A stretch of 64,000 bases of DNA from Candidatus Bathyarchaeota archaeon. Its GTDB lineage: Archaea > Thermoproteota > Bathyarchaeia > Bathyarchaeales > Bathycorpusculaceae. Shown here one piece after another: positions 59,472 through 64,000 of the stretch. The stretch's first letter is position 1. Each line of letters begins with the position of its first letter. The DNA lies in contig OY970176.1 in assembly GCA_963707955.1 (NCBI GenBank), forward strand, positions 1,440,001 through 1,504,000, in the 5' to 3' direction. The translations under genes and the position numbers were made by a program. The notes below the pieces were generated by a model. It was not told where the DNA came from, did no database searches, and saw only the letters and a list, made by a program, of their open reading frames with translations.

Positions 59472-61484
59472 TTAGCCGATCTCGATCTCTTTTATGAAGG
59501 CCAGGTCGTCTAGGCTGTTCAGTTTTACCATCGCGTTAGACACTGTGTAGAGCACGTTTTCGATGTAAAGCGACCGTTGCACGTAGTAGTTGCTGTCCGA
59601 TATGCTTGTGCCGTTCTCAATATGTGTGATTCCGCCTCTGAAGACGAAGCCTTCGCTTAGCGTTAGGTTGAACACGTAGGCGCCTTGCCAAATAGGTTGT
59701 CCGTAAGCACTTGGGGGAACCGCGCTTGCGTTGGGATATTGGCTCTGGTCGATTTTTGCGACGAGGACTGGTATGACGAGCAGGTTCTTTGACTTGTCGA
59801 ACAGGAATGCTTTGGGGTCACTTAACACGGGGGAGTCTGAGCCTCTGTCTCCGATCGTGTAGTTAGCCATCTGAATCGGGTTGCTGACGTTGCTGACGTC
59901 GAAGAGTGCCACTTTTATTCCTTGATACCACGCGAAGTATCCCTGGTCTGCTTCCACGGTTTCCTTGCCTACCCCTATTAAATGGTTCTCGTCGTACGGA
60001 TACAGATAATCTGAGAACCCTGGTATCAACAGTTGACCTAGGACGGCTGGTTCAGTCGGGTCGGTGAGGTTGATCACAAAAAGCGGGTCCGTCTTCTGGA
60101 AGGTGACAAGGTAGCATCTGTCGCCCACGAACCTTGCTGAGTACAGGTTCTCATTCGGAGCTATGTTTTCAAGTCTGCCAAGAATGGTCAAGTTTTGGTC
60201 AAGGACGTACACGTTGTGCTCTGTTGCTGGGGCGGTGCGTACCACTATGACAAATGGGCCAGTAGTGTTTGTAATTGACAAAGTTCCATTAGCGTTTTTG
60301 AACACTATTGGGGTCCCAGTCACGTTTATCGTGCTTGTCGTCCACGTTGTGTTTGTGGTAGCTATTCTAAAGCAGTCGTTGTATTCGTCCATTGAGTACT
60401 GGTTGAGCACGCTGCCCGGTACTTCCCCTTTTGCTTCAGGGTTAATAGTGCTGTTCTCTATGTGCACCCTGTAGATCAATGTCTGGTCCTGTTCAGGAAA
60501 GGTTATGTAGATGTTGTTCAGTGAGACGTAAATCGTGCTGGTTCCTCCGAGTGTGAGGGTCTTGTAGCTCGGCGTTTCCGCCGTGTCTTGAATGTTGAGG
60601 GCTATGATCGTTGTGAACACGAAATAGTTGTCGGTGGTGTTGGAGTAGTAGATTTCGGAGGGAGGTACCTCTGTTGTGTTGCCGTTCATTCCGAGCTTGG
60701 GTATGTTGACCGTGTCGATTGTAACGTTCGGTGCGGGTTGATCGGCGTAGAAGGCTGGCTCGCTTGCGATGAGGTAGACAAAGTCACCTATCATTCTTGA
60801 ACTGAAATAGCTGCCGCTCGTTGTGAAGGTTGTCAGTAATTTGGGGTTCGTTCTGTTCGATATGTCGTATATCTGCGCAGTGGTTGTGGTGTTTGTGAAG
60901 TATACATCTGTGCCGTTAATGAGCTGTTGAGACATGATGGATTGTGTTCCGAGCACGGCTAGTCTGTCGCCGTTGACAAAGATTCCCACTGGCGTCATGT
61001 CGCTTGTCGCTATCGTAGAAACGAGTTGTGCTTGGTCTGCGGGGTAAGCCTTTAGAATTGAAACGTTGTTGCCTGTGACTAGGTAGATGTATTCACCGTC
61101 GGTCTTCACGGTGTCTGCTTCGTCAACTCCGGCGACCTGTATGTTTGTTGTTGAGTATTGCGTGGTTCCAGTTATTTCTCCTTGGTAGGAGAGGATGCTG
61201 TTAGCTGAGACGGATGGTGAAGCAAGTGCAAACGGGGTGGCTGGCAGCATTGAAGGTGGGACAGACGATTCATAGCTGGGGTATGTCGATTGGGGTTGAG
61301 TGTTGTTTTGCAGGAATTCTGTGAGCTCTTCGTAGGAAGAGAAAGCTAACATGGCTGAAGAGGGCTGGGTTGGTGAGGTTCGTGGCACATAACCAAATTG
61401 GTAGATGAGTGAGACCAGTATTGTGGCTAGAAGGACGGTTGCGATGCCATAGAGCTTCGTGCGCCTGCTGATTTGTTTCTGCAT
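59472..61484 (-). CDS. Secreted or membrane-anchored beta-propeller domain protein
   Basis: N-terminal TM; YSTTNIQVAGVDEADTVKTDG, LNQYSMDE, ARFVGD, DPLFVI, LIPGFSDYL. Confidence 0.88.
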   Translation of the reverse strand: MQKQISRRTKLYGIATVLLATILVSLIYQFGYVPRTSPTQPSSAMLAFSSYEELTEFLQNNTQPQSTYPSYESSVPPSMLPATPFALASPSVSANSILSYQGEITGTTQYSTTNIQVAGVDEADTVKTDGEYIYLVTGNNVSILKAYPADQAQLVSTIATSDMTPVGIFVNGDRLAVLGTQSIMSQQLINGTDVYFTNTTTTAQIYDISNRTNPKLLTTFTTSGSYFSSRMIGDFVYLIASEPAFYADQPAPNVTIDTVNIPKLGMNGNTTEVPPSEIYYSNTTDNYFVFTTIIALNIQDTAETPSYKTLTLGGTSTIYVSLNNIYITFPEQDQTLIYRVHIENSTINPEAKGEVPGSVLNQYSMDEYNDCFRIATTNTTWTTSTINVTGTPIVFKNANGTLSITNTTGPFVIVVRTAPATEHNVYVLDQNLTILGRLENIAPNENLYSARFVGDRCYLVTFQKTDPLFVINLTDPTEPAVLGQLLIPGFSDYLYPYDENHLIGVGKETVEADQGYFAWYQGIKVALFDVSNVSNPIQMANYTIGDRGSDSPVLSDPKAFLFDKSKNLLVIPVLVAKIDQSQYPNASAVPPSAYGQPIWQGAYVFNLTLSEGFVFRGGITHIENGTSISDSNYYVQRSLYIENVLYTVSNAMVKLNSLDDLAFIKEIEIG

Positions 61485-61558
61485 TCGTCGTTCACCGTTA
61501 TAGCCTATTGGTTCACGTTGGATTTTATGCTAAGCCTTAGGACAGGGTGTTCCAGAAG

Positions 61559-62005
61559 TTAGAACGGTCTCATTGACCATACGCGGGCGGCTTCGTACCA
61601 GAAGATTGCTGTGACGATGGCTCCGAAGGAGAGTATGAACAGGTTTTCTCTTGTGAGTCCTTGCATCAGCACTAGGATGTAGGCTGCGTAGAACGTGGTG
61701 CAGAACACGGCGTAGAAGAAGTATCTTGGGAACAGCAATTTTCCGAGTTTGACGAAGTGGCGGAGCACGCCGATTTTGACCTCGCTGACGAGGGAGTAGT
61801 TGCCTCCGACTTCCTGTTTTGTGACCAGTCCGAGCTCGCGTAGCTGTTCAAGATGATGTTGCGCCACGCTTGGGCTGCTGAAGTGCAGGGTTCTTTGAAC
61901 TTCCCTAACGCTCATCGGCCTGCCGTTCTTTAGTAGTAGCCAGTAGACTTTCCAATCCTTGCCTCTAAGTGCGTACTCAAACTCGGTTTCGCCCTCAGCG
62001 TTCAA
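61559..62005 (-). CDS. Winged-helix regulator with two C-terminal TM helices
   Basis: MSVREVQRTLHFSSPSVAQHHLEQL followed by hydrophobic segments. Confidence 0.82.
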   Translation of the reverse strand: MNAEGETEFEYALRGKDWKVYWLLLKNGRPMSVREVQRTLHFSSPSVAQHHLEQLRELGLVTKQEVGGNYSLVSEVKIGVLRHFVKLGKLLFPRYFFYAVFCTTFYAAYILVLMQGLTRENLFILSFGAIVTAIFWYEAARVWSMRPF

Positions 62006-62132
62006 GGCTTAGCACGCTTCAGTGACATAACATTAGTTAGGCGGTGCTTATAATTCCAATTTCTAGAACATGCCATTGCAGCCTAGCGCGTCAGAGTTTC
62101 TAAGGTCTATTTGTTGCTGTTTCGTGCGGGTA

Positions 62133-62300
62133 GATACGCTACATCCCTGTATTCGCGTTTTCACCTCGTCTATTTTACCCTCCCCCTCCCCCCTAGGGTG
62201 CTGGTACTGCGCGTAGGCGCTTGTGAAGGCTCTGGCGGATTTGTACGGGCTTTAAGCCGAGCGCGTGCGGAGGGCTTGAAACAGAGCTAGGGAGGGTAGT
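62133..62300 (-). repeat. Dispersed intergenic repeat, copy 2
   Basis: Reverse complement is homologous to 14594-14757. Confidence 0.85.
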
Positions 62301-62511
62301 TCCTGAGCAATGTTGACACGTCTGTCCTTCCTCCTAGGGTGTGCTCTTCACTGCGGGTTCTTCTTTGTGACAAGTGTTGCTGAGGCGGGCTTAAGCTTAG
62401 GTTTATCGAGTTTCGTTGCTTGTTGTGTCGTCGTTTCCATATGATGAGCTTAAGTGTCGCGGAGGAACATCATGAACGTGTTTGTGAGAATCTCTTTTGG
62501 TTAGTTTTTGG

Positions 62512-63372
62512 TCATGTTGCGGCGCTGATGATGAATGCCAGCAAGCCGAAGATGAACCATAGGAGTACGGTGTTCTTGATTTTTCTGCTGTTTTCTCTGG
62601 AATGGTTTTTGAGGAGCATGAGAGACGACGCTGCGAGTCCGATGTCTGTAACCATAACAAGCGGAATGTACCAGAAAGAGACGATGCCGAGAAGCCACGG
62701 CGTCGGGCTTAAGCCCACGGCTGAAAGATAGAAAAGCGCTGCGGCAACGGCTGCATTTTTTTCTCCGTACCGCACGGCGAGGGTTTTCACGTTCTGCGTC
62801 CTGTCACCTTGCACATCCACGATGCCCTTGGTTATCTCCCTCCCAGTGATTGAAAGAAAGACCATCAAAGCGAAGAGGAGCACGTTCAACTTGACTTCGT
62901 TAGCTACGGCCACGCTTCCGTAGACGAACGGTATCGATACGCAGAGGCTGACGAGGAGGTTGCCGGGCAGTCCGCTTCGTTTTCCGACAGTTGTGTACCC
63001 TACTGAAATGATCCAGGCGATTATAGCCGTCGGAAGACACAGGGGATACGCTGAATTCGTCAGGTACGCCGTGACGAGACCTACCATGGTAAGGATAAGC
63101 GCAAAGATCAAGGCTTCTCCCGGCTTGACCAGACCGTTTGGAATGGGGCGGCTAGGCTCGTTTATGACGTCTATCTTCCTGTCGTAGTAATCGTTTATTG
63201 CCATCGAGGCAGCGGTAAGCGTGAAGCCGGTGATGAAACCGTAGACAAGGCTCGGCCAAGCTGCGCTCATGCTGCTCAGGCTGACAAGGCTTGCACCGAC
63301 TATTACAGCGAGGCCCATCATGAAGCAGTTTATAGGCCGCATTAGACGCAGGTAGCCGCCGAGTTTTCTCAT
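62512..63372 (-). CDS. UbiA-family prenyltransferase, probable DGGGP synthase
   Basis: LMRPIN, INDYYDRKID...RPIP, REITKGIVDVQGD. Confidence 0.9.
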   Translation of the reverse strand: MRKLGGYLRLMRPINCFMMGLAVIVGASLVSLSSMSAAWPSLVYGFITGFTLTAASMAINDYYDRKIDVINEPSRPIPNGLVKPGEALIFALILTMVGLVTAYLTNSAYPLCLPTAIIAWIISVGYTTVGKRSGLPGNLLVSLCVSIPFVYGSVAVANEVKLNVLLFALMVFLSITGREITKGIVDVQGDRTQNVKTLAVRYGEKNAAVAAALFYLSAVGLSPTPWLLGIVSFWYIPLVMVTDIGLAASSLMLLKNHSRENSRKIKNTVLLWFIFGLLAFIISAAT

Positions 63373-63497
63373 GTTCTCAAACCTCGCAGTAACATAATGG
63401 TTTTCTTCTAAGGTAAGTAATAAAACTCGCGTCTAGCCTCAAAAGTTTAATACGCTTAGTGTTGATAACTCATTCAAAAGCTTGTGGGTGTAGATCC

Positions 63498-64000
63498 TTG
63501 CGAGACAACTACGCTCTGGAAAGGTTAAGGGTGATAATACCGGTTGGGGGAAAAGCCACGCGTTTGTTGCCCCTCACGGCCGAGACTAGCAAAGCGTGCA
63601 TTCGACTGTTGAACAGGCCTCTGATAGATTTTTCGCTGCTGCCCCTTGCGCGTCAGGGTATCAAAAACTTCATTTTCGGCGTTAAGGGTTACACGAACTA
63701 CAGGGACCTGCACGATTATTTTGAGTCAGGCTACGGTTTTTCTGCGAGGTACGGTATAGAGCCGCGTGTTCACATAAAGTATCAGCCGAACGTTGAAGAC
63801 CTTGGCAGCGCGGACTCTGCAAGTATAAACATGGAGTACTACGGCGTCGAAGACCCAGTGTTTGCGGTGCAGGGCGACAACATTTTTGACGTGAACGTGA
63901 AGGAACTCGTGGATTTTCATCAGAAGAAGGGCGCAGTGATGACCATCGCGCTGAGGAAGGTTGAGAACGTTGAAGGATACGGCATAGCTGACATAAACAA
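63498..64000 (+). CDS. NDP-sugar synthase/nucleotidyltransferase, truncated by the window end
   Basis: Manual translation RVIIPVGGKATRLLPLTAETSK...NRPLI...DLGSAD...VQGDN. Confidence 0.88.
   Translation, partial: MRDNYALERLRVIIPVGGKATRLLPLTAETSKACIRLLNRPLIDFSLLPLARQGIKNFIFGVKGYTNYRDLHDYFESGYGFSARYGIEPRVHIKYQPNVEDLGSADSASINMEYYGVEDPVFAVQGDNIFDVNVKELVDFHQKKGAVMTIALRKVENVEGYGIADIN

Noticed and set aside
62432-62468. ATGATGA...CGGA single-guide C/D-like RNA
   Set aside because: Non-canonical D box, no C'/D' pair and no identifiable target

Overview
Archaeal chromosomal segment, most consistent with Bathyarchaeia or another TACK-like lineage (inferred from PolD DP1+DP2, Cdc6/Orc1, Elf1, GGGP/DGGGP synthases, Pus10, Rpo4 and AsnRS). 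Layout: (1) 1-10.3 kb is an accessory-looking run of small enzyme genes ending at an intron-containing tRNA-Ser(CGA). (2) 14.9-28.1 kb is a replication-origin region: DP1, cdc6, an oriC with ORB boxes, three uncharacterised DNA-binding-type genes, and DP2. One of those three genes encodes a membrane-anchored coiled-coil/wHTH protein, and the cluster carries dense YGTGAY motif arrays. (3) Core metabolism and translation genes follow: glyA, Sec61beta, por operon, Nob1, NAD kinase, aIF5A, the SRP54-Pus10-L21e-Rpo4-DUF655-RsmA-HemK cluster, a P-type ATPase, satP-acs and asnS. (4) A 2.75-kb inserted element (38071-40816) with an 8-9 bp direct repeat and degenerate terminal inverted repeats splits a GNAT gene; it carries vapBC, an amber-interrupted orphan cas6 and one solitary CRISPR-like repeat. 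Non-coding highlights are a dispersed ~165-bp repeat family (14.6 kb, 62.2 kb, remnant at 24.35 kb), a ~340-nt highly structured candidate ncRNA (28.8-29.15 kb) and a box C/D sRNA candidate (43.8 kb). Several single-base frameshifts in conserved genes suggest indel errors in the assembly. All calls come from reading the sequence; no database searches were run.
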